From NCBI RefSeq assembly GCF_000737315.1, contig NZ_JMCB01000006.1:20001-268000 (forward strand): a stretch of 248,000 bases of DNA, in the 5' to 3' direction. This document shows positions 130,951-139,794 of this stretch, one piece after another (position 1 is the stretch's first letter; every line of letters begins with the position of its first letter). Origin of the DNA: Hyalangium minutum (GTDB taxonomy: Bacteria; Myxococcota; Myxococcia; Myxococcales; Myxococcaceae). The notes beneath the pieces are model-generated. The model was not told where the DNA came from. It made no database searches and saw only the letters and a list, made by a program, of their open reading frames with translations. A program made the translations under genes and the position numbers.

Positions 130951-132078
130951 CTACTCCTGGGCCGCGATCCGCCGCGTGGCGAGCGGTGCCAGCCTCCGCA
131001 TGGAGGCCTTGCCGACCACCACGTCCACCATCTTCCGCACCCGCGTCCAGACGCTCTCCTGCACGTAGGGCACACCATACCGCTCGCACAGGGCGCGCAC
131101 CTTCGGCTGTGCCTCGCGGTACTTGAGCATCGGCAGATCCGGCCAGAGGTGATGCTCAATCTGATAGTTCAGCCACAGGTGCGCGAAGTCGTTCAGGTCC
131201 CCGCCCGTGCGGTAGTTGGCGCTCCCCACCACCTGCTGCACGAACCGGGCGCCCCGGCTCTCGGGCGGCGCGTCGAACCGGTAGAGATCTCCGCCCGTGT
131301 GGTTGGGCCCCACCACGAGGAAGGTGTGCAGGTTCGTGAGCAGATCCGCCAGCACCGAGTTGCACAGCGCGCTGAACGCCGCCCACACCCCCAGCGGCAA
131401 GAACAGCGCCGGGAGCAGCACGAAGCAGCACACCGCATAGGGCGCGTAGCACCGCGTCACCAGCTCCCACCGCTCGGCCCGGGAGAGCGAGGAGCTCTCC
131501 CGGCGGCCCTTGCGACGCCACGCACTCAGCGTCTCCGGCGCGTAATAGCTGGCCCGCCACGTCAGCGCGAGCAACCCGAGCTGCAGATAGCGAAGCACCA
131601 GCGGCCGGCGCGTGTCGCGCAGCGTGTCCTCGGCATTGCGCTCGAGCAGATCTGGATCCGCCTCCTCGCCCGTGTGTGAATGGTGGAGCACGTTGTGCTC
131701 GAAGATCCACGCGTCCGGGAGCATCCAGTCCAGCCAGTCCAGCCACCGGCGTCCTCCACGCGCAAACCCCTTGCTCGTGCGGCCTGCGGGCAGGGACGGC
131801 ACCTGGTCATACCCGCGGTGTCCCACGTGGTGCATCAGCAGCCAGCGCGTGGAGCGCCCCAGGCTCAGCGCCGCCGCGCTCAGCGGGTTGGGCACCAGCC
131901 AGCACGTGGCCAGCCCCAGCAGCGTGGCCACCCGGCCCCAGCGCTCGATCTTCCGCAGGTGCTTCGCATCGGCCTCCCCCAGCGAGGCGTCCAGTTCCTC
132001 CCGCAGCGCCTTCAGCTCCCGCTGAAAGCCCTCCAGGTCCACGGTGGAGGGATCAAAGAAGCGCTCGGGCTGGGACAT
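130951..132078 (-). CDS. Fatty acid desaturase family protein
   Basis: HHVGH, HNVLHH, QIEHHLWP. Confidence 0.82.
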   Translation of the reverse strand: MSQPERFFDPSTVDLEGFQRELKALREELDASLGEADAKHLRKIERWGRVATLLGLATCWLVPNPLSAAALSLGRSTRWLLMHHVGHRGYDQVPSLPAGRTSKGFARGGRRWLDWLDWMLPDAWIFEHNVLHHSHTGEEADPDLLERNAEDTLRDTRRPLVLRYLQLGLLALTWRASYYAPETLSAWRRKGRRESSSLSRAERWELVTRCYAPYAVCCFVLLPALFLPLGVWAAFSALCNSVLADLLTNLHTFLVVGPNHTGGDLYRFDAPPESRGARFVQQVVGSANYRTGGDLNDFAHLWLNYQIEHHLWPDLPMLKYREAQPKVRALCERYGVPYVQESVWTRVRKMVDVVVGKASMRRLAPLATRRIAAQE

Positions 132079-132192
132079 GCCAAGGTGTCTCGGGCAAGGG
132101 GGACAGCGCGGAGCCTACCAGCGTTTCCGCCTCGGCCCGCGCCAGAGCCTGAGTGCCGCAACCCCGCTTCGTTTGGGCCGCCCTTCTGCTAT

Positions 132193-134082
132193 GTGCTGTT
132201 CGTGGTGAGACGCATACCCCGAGGCACACTCCCAACCGGCATCTTCCTCCTGGCCTGGGGCAGCCTGCTCGTGCAGGTGCTCCTCCACTTTGCCCCGGGG
132301 AATGCCGCCGTCACGGGCTGGAACTCCGACGCCTCCATCACGGTGCTGCAGTCGAATGATCCGGTGTTCGATGCCTTCCGGCTCTACTACTACGGGCAGG
132401 ATCGCATCGGCGCGTGGCCGTGGCTGCTGGCCCAGGGCTGGCGCGCGCTGACGGGCTTCGACTGGACGCCCTGGCGCGTCTTCGCGTGGCAGGCCACCTG
132501 GGCCTGTATCGCCTGCCTCGCGCTCCGAGGGCTCCAGCAACAGGCCGGGTGGCTGCTGGCGGCCACCTTCGGCGCGCTCGCCCTGCTCTCGCCCCTCTTC
132601 CAGGTGCAGCTCTTCGCGCTCAGCCAGCCGTTTGGGTGGCAGCTCACGGCGCTCTTCCTCGCGTGGTGGGCGCTGATGCGGCTCTTGCGCCACCTGGGCG
132701 GTCCCTCCTCCGGGCCTGGGGCTGTGGCCCGCTGGGCCGCTGCCTCTGTGCTCTTCTGCACGCTGGCGTGCTGGACCTCCCCCACCTCCGGGCCGCTGCT
132801 CCTGGTAGCCATCGTGGTGGAGGGCGTTCGCGTAGGGCTTGTCAGCCCGGGGAGACGGCGCTGGGCCTTGCTGGCCGCACTCGTTCCGCTGGCGGCGGGC
132901 ATCGGCTTCGAGTCCGCGACCCGCCACTTCTTCCATCGCTTCGCGAAGAAGCAGTTTGGCCATGCGTATGCCACCCAGCTGAAGGTGGACAAAGGCTTCC
133001 TCGCGGAGAACGCCCGAGCCATGTTCGGACGCCTCCTCGAGGACCCGCTGGGGGTGGTGGTACTCGTGGGGCTCGGGTTGGCGGTGGTGGCGGCGGTGTT
133101 CCTCGTGCTCCAGCTGCGCCGGCGCGCCCTGGATCCGCGCCGGCCCCAGGAGGAGCTCGCGTTCCTCACGATCGCGCTCGCGGGCGGGGCGCTCGGCAAC
133201 GCCTTCATCGCCACCGTGGTGCTCCACGTGCGCATCAATGGCCATGACATCCGGTACCTGGTGCCCACGTTCGTGCTCGGCACGCTGGCCGCAGCCTCGG
133301 GGCTGAGCCTCGTCTTGCACCTCGTACCTGCACTGCGCACCCGGGCGGCGGGCCTGTCGGTGCTGGCCGCGGGAGGGCTCTTCGCCGCAAGCCACCTGCT
133401 CGTGCAGCCCCGCATTCCCGAGCCGACGCTGGAGCTGGCACAGGCCGCCGCGGACGCGGTGGTGGCCCGCGCGGGCGAGACGGTCCTGCTCGGCGGTTAC
133501 TGGGACACGTACTTGCTGGGCGCGCTGGATCCCGAGCACCGCCTGCTGTCGGTCTCGGTGGACGGTGACTACCAGCGCACCCCGTTCTGGATACCCAAAG
133601 TCCGCGAGGCGCAGCACATCCTGATGGCGTTCTTCCACGGGTATCTCGGGAGCGCGGAGGCTCCCGCCCCTTGGCTGTTGCAGTACGGAGCGCCGTTCCA
133701 GCTCGAGGATCCGCGCTGGGAGGTTCACCCACCCTTCACCTTCGCCCGCTACCGGAATGCCTCCTCTCAGCAGGTCCCGATGCGCTCGGAGCCCGAGAAG
133801 ACCTTCACGCCCTGCGAGCCCGGCGCCACGGTGACCTATCGCTTCGAGCAGCCCGTGGAGCGAGGCCTCCTCCTGGTGAGCACCCATGCGCCCACGAGCG
133901 GCGCCGAGGCGCGAGCCGCCGATGGAACCGAGGCCCGCGTGGAGGGAGTGCCTCACCTGTGGCTCGTGCACCTCGAGCGCGGAGCCACCCCCTGGCGTGA
134001 GGTGACGCTCCGCACCGGATCGACATCGCGCCCCGAAGACTGTTGGTACCGCAGCACCGCGCTGCTGCGCCTCGAACCCTGA
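132193..134082 (+). CDS. Multi-pass membrane protein, GT-C glycosyltransferase-like
   Basis: NSDASI, YYYGQDR, about 11 TMs, GGYWDTY. Confidence 0.55.
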   Translation: MLFVVRRIPRGTLPTGIFLLAWGSLLVQVLLHFAPGNAAVTGWNSDASITVLQSNDPVFDAFRLYYYGQDRIGAWPWLLAQGWRALTGFDWTPWRVFAWQATWACIACLALRGLQQQAGWLLAATFGALALLSPLFQVQLFALSQPFGWQLTALFLAWWALMRLLRHLGGPSSGPGAVARWAAASVLFCTLACWTSPTSGPLLLVAIVVEGVRVGLVSPGRRRWALLAALVPLAAGIGFESATRHFFHRFAKKQFGHAYATQLKVDKGFLAENARAMFGRLLEDPLGVVVLVGLGLAVVAAVFLVLQLRRRALDPRRPQEELAFLTIALAGGALGNAFIATVVLHVRINGHDIRYLVPTFVLGTLAAASGLSLVLHLVPALRTRAAGLSVLAAGGLFAASHLLVQPRIPEPTLELAQAAADAVVARAGETVLLGGYWDTYLLGALDPEHRLLSVSVDGDYQRTPFWIPKVREAQHILMAFFHGYLGSAEAPAPWLLQYGAPFQLEDPRWEVHPPFTFARYRNASSQQVPMRSEPEKTFTPCEPGATVTYRFEQPVERGLLLVSTHAPTSGAEARAADGTEARVEGVPHLWLVHLERGATPWREVTLRTGSTSRPEDCWYRSTALLRLEP

Positions 134083-134091
134083 GGAGCTCCC

Positions 134092-135555
134092 TCATCCTCG
134101 GCGGAAGAACTCCTGGTTCAACCGCTGGGCGCGCTCCTCGGCGAGTTCCACTTCCTCCGTCACGTCCCGGTAGACGGTGACCTGGCCGAACTGGCCATCC
134201 GCGAAGGCCACGGGCTTGGACATCCAGCGGACCACGCGCCGGGGAAACTGCTGGAGCTCGAAGTCCTCGCGCCCCACGTAGGGACCGTCCGCGAGGACGC
134301 GCACCCGCCGCATGAAGTCCAAGGGGTCCTGGAAGCGAGTGGCGAAGGAGCGGACGAACACATCGCGGGGCTGGCCGATCAGCTCGGCCACGGTGCGGTC
134401 CGCCAGCAGGGCCATGTACTCGTTGGCGAAGAGGATGACGCGCCGGTGATCCAGGATCATCACCGCGTCATCCAGCCCGTTGAGCGCGGCCGCCAGGACG
134501 TCCGCGCGCAGGCGCTGCATCGCATGAGCATTCCGCTCCACATGGAGCGAGTGCTGGCTCCTGCGAAGCTGGACGCGCAGTTCGAGCTCTCCGGCCACCC
134601 GGCGTGCCAGCGCCACCAGCGCATCCACCTGCTCGGCGGAGATGGACAGCGGCTGCCGGTCGAGGATGCACAGCGTCCCCAGCACTGTGCCCTCACGGGT
134701 GATGAGGGGAGCGCCCGCGTACGAGCGGAACAAGCCCTCGCGCACCAGCCGGTTGGTGCTGAAGACGGGGTGAGTGGTGGCATCGGGGACCACCAGGGGC
134801 CCGGGCTGCTCCGCCTCCACCACATGGGCGCAGAGCGCCACATCGCGCTCGGTGCCGCGGTCCTGGAGCACCTGGCCCGCGAGCCCCACGTGCGCCTTGA
134901 ACCACTGCCGGTCCTCGAACACCAGGGACAGGAGCGCGATGGGCACGTTGAAGGCCTGGGCCGTCTCCTGCACGAGCCGCTGGAGCGACTCCTCGGGCGG
135001 CCCCTCATCCACGAGCTGCAGGCTGGCCAGCTTCGCCAGACGCGCCCGCTCACGAGCCAAGGCGGCGGCGGCACTCTCGGCGGGAACACCGGCCCGAAAT
135101 GGCACGGGGCGGGGCGGTAGAACCGGAGCGAGAGGCCCGGGAGGCTCGCCTGGAGAAGCGGCTGTAGTAGAGGCCTCTGGCGGCGTGCGTCCGAGCACGC
135201 GATGGACGGCCCGGCGGTAGGACTCGAGGGGAATGCCCTTGGCGAGGACCTCTTGGATACCCAGCAACTCCTTCCGCTCGAGCGCCGCGTTGCGCATCTT
135301 CACGAAGGAGGAGACCACGATGATCCTGGCAAAAGGCGAGCGCTTCCGGACCTCGCGGATGAGCTCGAAGCCATCGATGCCCGCGAGCGACAGCTCGGTG
135401 ATGACCACGGCGGGATCATCGCTGCGCTTGAGGAGCGTGGCCTTGGCGGCCTTGCCATCCGGAACGGAGATGGGCTCGAGGCCCAGCTCCACCAGCAAGG
135501 CATGAAACTTCGAGGAAGACGCGGTATCAGGATCGACGATCAGTCCCCAGGCCAT
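134092..135555 (-). CDS. REC-GAF-PAS signalling protein (copy 1)
   Basis: Receiver with Glu at the phosphoacceptor site (ITELSL), GAF RQWFKA..G and YAGAPL, PAS; no output domain. Confidence 0.8.
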   Translation of the reverse strand: MAWGLIVDPDTASSSKFHALLVELGLEPISVPDGKAAKATLLKRSDDPAVVITELSLAGIDGFELIREVRKRSPFARIIVVSSFVKMRNAALERKELLGIQEVLAKGIPLESYRRAVHRVLGRTPPEASTTAASPGEPPGPLAPVLPPRPVPFRAGVPAESAAAALARERARLAKLASLQLVDEGPPEESLQRLVQETAQAFNVPIALLSLVFEDRQWFKAHVGLAGQVLQDRGTERDVALCAHVVEAEQPGPLVVPDATTHPVFSTNRLVREGLFRSYAGAPLITREGTVLGTLCILDRQPLSISAEQVDALVALARRVAGELELRVQLRRSQHSLHVERNAHAMQRLRADVLAAALNGLDDAVMILDHRRVILFANEYMALLADRTVAELIGQPRDVFVRSFATRFQDPLDFMRRVRVLADGPYVGREDFELQQFPRRVVRWMSKPVAFADGQFGQVTVYRDVTEEVELAEERAQRLNQEFFRRG

Positions 135556-135619
135556 GGGGGCCCTCCCTAATGGGCATTGTGCCGGAACTCAACCGGCTTC
135601 CTCGACAGGTGTCCCTAGC

Positions 135620-136342
135620 ATGATTCAAGTCCCTCGACGGTGGATGTGGCTGCTGCTGGGTACAGCGCTGACAGCCTGTGCGTCCGTGCCAGTGGCCTCA
135701 AACGAGGAAGCTGAGGAGTCGGAACAAGCCGCACCCTTCGCAGAGCTTTGCGCCCAAGCGGGCAGCCTGGTGCCGATCTGCGGCGCAAGCCAGTGTGGCC
135801 TTTACCCTTGCCGGGAGGTGGTGGAGCACCTCTCCACTTCGGGTCAGGTGCTGTTGGCTCGCACCGGCGGCATGGTGCTCCCGGGCCCTGGCAGCTCAGC
135901 TCAGAGGTACTGGGGCAGCGCCGATGGCCTGCCGCTGAACTCGAATCCCGTCTTCATCATCCCTTGGGGTCCCAAGCCACCGCTCCTGCCCAGCCAGAAG
136001 AAGATGCTGGAGGAGCTGGAGGCTGAGCGGCGTAAGCCTCACGAGAAGCACCACATCTTTCCTCAGGAGCCGGATCTTAAGAGGTGGTTCACTCGGAAAG
136101 GCATCAACATTCACGAGTTCACGATGCCGTTGCTCGTGGATGTACACCGTCGCATCCACCATCCCCCACCTCCGGGTGGGGCGTGGAACGAAGCGTGGCG
136201 GCAGTACAAGGACAGCCACGACAATGCTCCCAAGGAAGAGATTTACCGGTATGCAGGGCAGCTCATCTATGAGTTCGAGTTGGTCGGCCCAATCGTCCCC
136301 TATTACCGGCAGTGGACGCAGCCACCACCGATCGGCGGGTGA
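135620..136342 (+). CDS. sitA6: SitA6-family (TIGR02269/DUF2380) toxin lipoprotein
   Basis: Lipobox LTAC; CG..QCGLY.C; HEKHHIFPQ; IHEFT...HRRIH. Confidence 0.82.
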   Translation: MIQVPRRWMWLLLGTALTACASVPVASNEEAEESEQAAPFAELCAQAGSLVPICGASQCGLYPCREVVEHLSTSGQVLLARTGGMVLPGPGSSAQRYWGSADGLPLNSNPVFIIPWGPKPPLLPSQKKMLEELEAERRKPHEKHHIFPQEPDLKRWFTRKGINIHEFTMPLLVDVHRRIHHPPPPGGAWNEAWRQYKDSHDNAPKEEIYRYAGQLIYEFELVGPIVPYYRQWTQPPPIGG

Positions 136343-137067
136343 TGAAGTCCATGCGCTACTACTTCGTGGATTACTCCCGGGCTCCACAGTACTCGGGAAC
136401 CTTTAGCGCTTCACACAAGTGGGGATTGCCGGGTATCCACTGCCCTCTGTGCGATGCGACTTGGTCCACCGGGTCGAATGCTTACCCTTCGGTGGACCTC
136501 TCTCACGTGCCGGATCAAACGAAGTACTCGGCACGGCTGGAAGAGGACTATGCCGAGTTCGAGCGGCTGCGCGAGCAGGTGCGCTCGCTGGTGCCACCTG
136601 GTGTACCGCTGTGGCCGGGAACAGAATTCGGACCTCTTGAAGGATCAGCCCGAGGTGAGTTCGGCCCTCTCTACATGTACTTCTCGTACGCCATGTTGCT
136701 GCGGGGCGAGACACTCCGACACCTGCAGGCCGAAGCTGTCCAAGGCCTCAAGGGATGCCGCACGAAGGTGGCCTTCCGCAAGAAGGACCCGCCCGAGTTG
136801 CTGGAACTTGAGCTGTTGCCTCGAGGCCATTTGCATCCGGACTGCTTGCCCGCAGATCGTGAGCCTCCGTGCCCAAAGTGTGGTCGCAGAGGGTGGAAAC
136901 GCCCGGATGATCTCATCCTCAGCGCCGCGTCTCTCCCCCAGGACCTGGACGTATTCCGGCTGGAGGACTTCCTAACGACGATCATCGCCTCCGAGCGCTT
137001 CGTCGAGACCGCACGGCGCCTCGGCTACGAGCAGGACATCGTCTTCCGCGAGCTTCCCACCCGATAG
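136342..137067 (+). CDS. sitI6: SitI6-family double-CXXCG immunity protein
   Basis: CPLCDA and CPKCG; FGPLEG; overlaps the toxin stop. Confidence 0.82.
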   Translation: MKSMRYYFVDYSRAPQYSGTFSASHKWGLPGIHCPLCDATWSTGSNAYPSVDLSHVPDQTKYSARLEEDYAEFERLREQVRSLVPPGVPLWPGTEFGPLEGSARGEFGPLYMYFSYAMLLRGETLRHLQAEAVQGLKGCRTKVAFRKKDPPELLELELLPRGHLHPDCLPADREPPCPKCGRRGWKRPDDLILSAASLPQDLDVFRLEDFLTTIIASERFVETARRLGYEQDIVFRELPTR

Positions 137068-137071
137068 AAAG

Positions 137072-137105
137072 GAGCACCGTGGCCACAACCCAGGCCACGG
137101 TGCTC
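137072..137105. terminator. Bidirectional terminator hairpin
   Basis: Perfect 13-bp stem gagcaccgtggcc/ggccacggtgctc between convergent genes. Confidence 0.8.
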
Positions 137106-137115
137106 AAAACCACCG

Positions 137116-138201
137116 CTACCAGCGGTCCTTGTCCGTCTTCGGCGCCAGCGGGAACGCCGGCGCGGAGATGCCGTTCACGCTCAAGCCTCCATGCATGAAC
137201 GTGGGCGTGCCCTGCAGGAAGCCCGCCGGGAAGTTCAGCGCTGGCTTCGACACCTCATCCAGCGCCGCTACCTGCTGCGGCGTCAGCTTCAGCTCCAGCG
137301 CCCCCAGGTTGTTGTCCAGCTGCTCCAGCGTCCGCGCCCCGATGATCGTCGAGCTCACCCCCGGCCGGCTCTGCACCCACGCCAGCGCCACCCGCGCCAC
137401 CGTGCTCTCCTGCTCCTTCGCCACCTTCTGCAGCACGTCGATGATGCTGTAGGCCTTCTCGCCCAGGTTGCCGTCCACCCACTGGCCGCGATCCGCCTTC
137501 ACCTTGCCCGCGTTCTCCCGCGTGTACTTGCCGCTCAGCACCCCGCTCTTCAGCGGCGACCACGGCGTCACCCCCAGCCCCAGCTCGCGCGCCATCGGGA
137601 TCAGCTCGCCCTCCACCGTGCGCTCGATCAGCGAGTACTCGATCTGCAATGCAATCAGCGGCGACCAGCCCTTGAACTGCGCCAGCAACTGCGCCTGCGC
137701 CACCTTCCACGCCGGCGTGTCCGAAAACCCGATGTACCGGACCTTCCCCGCCCGCACCAGGTCATCCAACGCCCGCATCGTCTCCTCGATGGGCGTGTGC
137801 CGATCCAGGCAGTGCATCCAGTACAGGTCGATGTAGTCCGTCTGCAGCCGGCGCAGGGACTCGTCGCACGCGGCCATCAGCGACTTGCGCCCCGCTCCAC
137901 CGCCGTTCGGATCCGCCGGGAACAGGTTCCCGAAGAACTTGGTGGCGATCACCACCCGGTGCCGCTTGCTCGGGTTCTTCCCCAGGTGGTCCCCGATGAT
138001 CTTCTCCGAGTGCCCCAGCGTGTAGATGTTCGCCGTATCGATGAAGTTGCCACCCCGCTCGATGAAGCGGTCCATGATGGCGTTGGAGGTCTCGACGCTG
138101 CTGCCCCAGCCGAGATCCTCGCCGAACGTCATCGCTCCGAGGCAGAACGGACTGACGCGCAGGCCGGAGTGGCCAAGGGTGAGATACGCATTGAGTGCCA
138201 T
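137116..138201 (-). CDS. Aldo/keto reductase
   Basis: CLGAMTFG, DTANIY, TDYIDLY, WSPL. Confidence 0.9.
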   Translation of the reverse strand: MALNAYLTLGHSGLRVSPFCLGAMTFGEDLGWGSSVETSNAIMDRFIERGGNFIDTANIYTLGHSEKIIGDHLGKNPSKRHRVVIATKFFGNLFPADPNGGGAGRKSLMAACDESLRRLQTDYIDLYWMHCLDRHTPIEETMRALDDLVRAGKVRYIGFSDTPAWKVAQAQLLAQFKGWSPLIALQIEYSLIERTVEGELIPMARELGLGVTPWSPLKSGVLSGKYTRENAGKVKADRGQWVDGNLGEKAYSIIDVLQKVAKEQESTVARVALAWVQSRPGVSSTIIGARTLEQLDNNLGALELKLTPQQVAALDEVSKPALNFPAGFLQGTPTFMHGGLSVNGISAPAFPLAPKTDKDRW

Positions 138202-138293
138202 GGGTTCTCCCAAAACAGGTAGAGCGGCGCGGAGGAGTAACAGGGAGTCCTCTCCTCCGCTCGCTCATCTACCTCTGGCACTCTCTCACTCCG

Positions 138294-139754
138294 TCACCGT
138301 CTGGCGAGCTCCTCGGCAAGCTCGACCTCATTCGTCACGTCCTTGTAGACGGTGACCTGTCCGAAGTTGCCATCGGCGAACGCCACCGGCCGGGAGCTCC
138401 ACCGGACCACGCGCCGCCGGAACTGCTGCAGCTCGAAGTCCTCGCGCCCCACGTAGGGGCCATCCACGGGGATGCGCACCCGCCGCAGGAAGTCCTTGGG
138501 CTCCTTGAACCGGGCCGCGAAGTCGCGAATGAACGCGTCGCGGTGCATGCCGATCAGCTCGGACACCGTCTTGTCCGCCAGCAGCGCCATGAACTCGTTG
138601 GCGAAGAGAATCACGCGCCGGTGATCAAAGAGCATCACCGCGTCATCCAAGCCATCGAGCGTGGCCGCCAGGATGTCCGCCCGCATGCGCTGCACCGTGT
138701 GGGCATCGCGCTCCGCGCTCAGCGAGCGCTGGCTCTTGCTCAGCTGGCCGCGCAGGTCGAGCTCTCCGGCCACTCGGCGCGCCAGCGCCACCAGGTTGTC
138801 CACCTGCTCGGCGGAGATGGACATCGGCTTCTTGTCGAGGATGCACAGCGTCCCCAGCACCGTCCCCCCACGGGTGATGAGGGGAGCGCCTGCATACGAG
138901 CGGAACACGCCCTCACGCACCAGCCGGTTGGTGCTGAACACGGGGTGAGTCGCGGCATCGGGGACCACCAGGGGCTCGGGCTGCTCCGCCTCCACCACAT
139001 GGGCGCAGAGCGCCACGTCGCGCGGCGTGCCGCGCTCCTCGAGCAGCTTGCCGCCGAGCCCCACGTGCGCCTTGAACCACTGCCGGTCCTCGAGCACCAG
139101 GGACAGGAGGGCGATGGGCACATTGAAGGCTTGCGCCGTCTCCTGCACGAGGCGCTGGAGCTCCTCGTCCGGAGGCCCTTCATCCACGAGGTGAAGGCTG
139201 GCCAGCTTCGCCAACCGCGCCCGCTCGCGCGACAGGAGCGCGGCATCCTCGGAGGCAGGGCTGGAGCGGGGCACCCCTGGGCGAAGCGGAGGATCCAGGA
139301 GGGGCAGCTCGGGCAGGAGGGGCAGCTCGGGCGGGAGCTGCAGCTCGGGCAGGGAGGGGAGTGCGGCCGGGGCCTCGGGCGCCGTGCGCCCGAGCGCGCG
139401 GTAGAGGATGCGCCGGAAGGAGTCGAAGGGTGCACCCTTGGCAAGGATCTCCTGGATGCCCAGCAGCTCCTTCTTCTCGAGCGCCGCGGTGCGCATCTTC
139501 ACGAACGAGGAGACGACGATGACCCGCGTGCTCGACGAGCCCTTCCGGACGTCGCGAATCAACTCGAAGCCATCCAGCCCCGCCAGGGACAGCTCGGTGA
139601 TGACCACGGCGGGCTGCTCGCGGCGCTCCTGAAGCGCGGTCTTCGCGGCCCGCCCATCTTGAGCGAGGACGGGCTCGATCCCCGCCTCCCTCAACAAGGC
139701 CTGGAACTTCGAGGAACACGCGGTGTTGGGCTCGACAATCAATCCCCAGGACAT
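138294..139754 (-). CDS. REC-GAF-PAS signalling protein (copy 2)
   Basis: Close paralog of 134092-135555. Confidence 0.8.
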   Translation of the reverse strand: MSWGLIVEPNTACSSKFQALLREAGIEPVLAQDGRAAKTALQERREQPAVVITELSLAGLDGFELIRDVRKGSSSTRVIVVSSFVKMRTAALEKKELLGIQEILAKGAPFDSFRRILYRALGRTAPEAPAALPSLPELQLPPELPLLPELPLLDPPLRPGVPRSSPASEDAALLSRERARLAKLASLHLVDEGPPDEELQRLVQETAQAFNVPIALLSLVLEDRQWFKAHVGLGGKLLEERGTPRDVALCAHVVEAEQPEPLVVPDAATHPVFSTNRLVREGVFRSYAGAPLITRGGTVLGTLCILDKKPMSISAEQVDNLVALARRVAGELDLRGQLSKSQRSLSAERDAHTVQRMRADILAATLDGLDDAVMLFDHRRVILFANEFMALLADKTVSELIGMHRDAFIRDFAARFKEPKDFLRRVRIPVDGPYVGREDFELQQFRRRVVRWSSRPVAFADGNFGQVTVYKDVTNEVELAEELARR

Positions 139755-139794
139755 GCAACCCTTTCCCTTCTCTGTGCGCAGACGGGCAGTGCCC

